Source: Nitrospirota bacterium (GTDB lineage Bacteria > Nitrospirota > UBA9217). Taken from it: a DNA stretch of 47,631 nucleotides. The position numbers and the translations under genes are program-made. This document shows, one piece after another, positions 47,618-47,631 of this stretch; position 1 is the first letter of the stretch; every line of letters starts with the position of its first letter. The DNA is taken from positions 1-47,631 of the forward strand of contig JAOUEV010000025.1 of the NCBI GenBank assembly GCA_029858565.1, written 5' to 3'. The notes beneath the pieces were generated by a model. That model did no database searches and was not told the origin of the DNA. It saw only the letters and a list, made by a program, of their open reading frames with translations.

Positions 47618-47631
47618 TCACGTTCTTGTAT

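Noticed and set aside
1-47631. CRISPR arrays, tRNA/rRNA genes, transposases, integrases
   Set aside because: None recognised by eye. tRNAscan-SE, Infernal and CRISPR finders would be needed to exclude them formally.

Overview
This is a GC-rich bacterial chromosomal window from a probable anaerobe. The gene set suggests Nitrospirota or a Desulfobacterota-like lineage, which is an inference only. Left to right it contains: the 5' part of hcp with a CRP/FNR(HcpR)-type palindrome; a form IV RuBisCO-like protein; a YeeE/YedE–TusA–multi-PAS hybrid kinase module; a REC-PilZ protein; and a DsbA/FrnE-like gene with an in-frame UGA. Next come a broken doxX gene whose 3' end is duplicated around an AT-richer insert (1.5-kaa HEAT/beta-propeller protein), an MBL hydrolase, pyk, a peroxiredoxin with an in-frame UGA, two Slp lipoproteins, HU, system II cytochrome c maturation genes and mnmA. 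An 8-gene operon follows that couples actinomycete-antibiotic-type 2-deoxy/amino-sugar enzymes and a B12 radical SAM enzyme to a polyprenyl-phosphate GT2 and two YfhO-like GT-C proteins. The right part has dppBC-like permeases, rsmA, a candidate stand-alone sRNA, gmhA, an RCK channel with a degenerate filter, and a variable region with remnants, an ankyrin protein and membrane-anchored proteins carrying a Geobacter PilA-like helix. Both UGA genes are split or truncated in the ORF track and are best read as selenoproteins with near-identical SECIS architecture. The strongest novelty candidates are the deoxysugar/GT-C operon, the YeeE–TusA–kinase module, the leaderless pilin-like family and the sRNA. 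All family calls come from motif recognition by eye; no searches were run.
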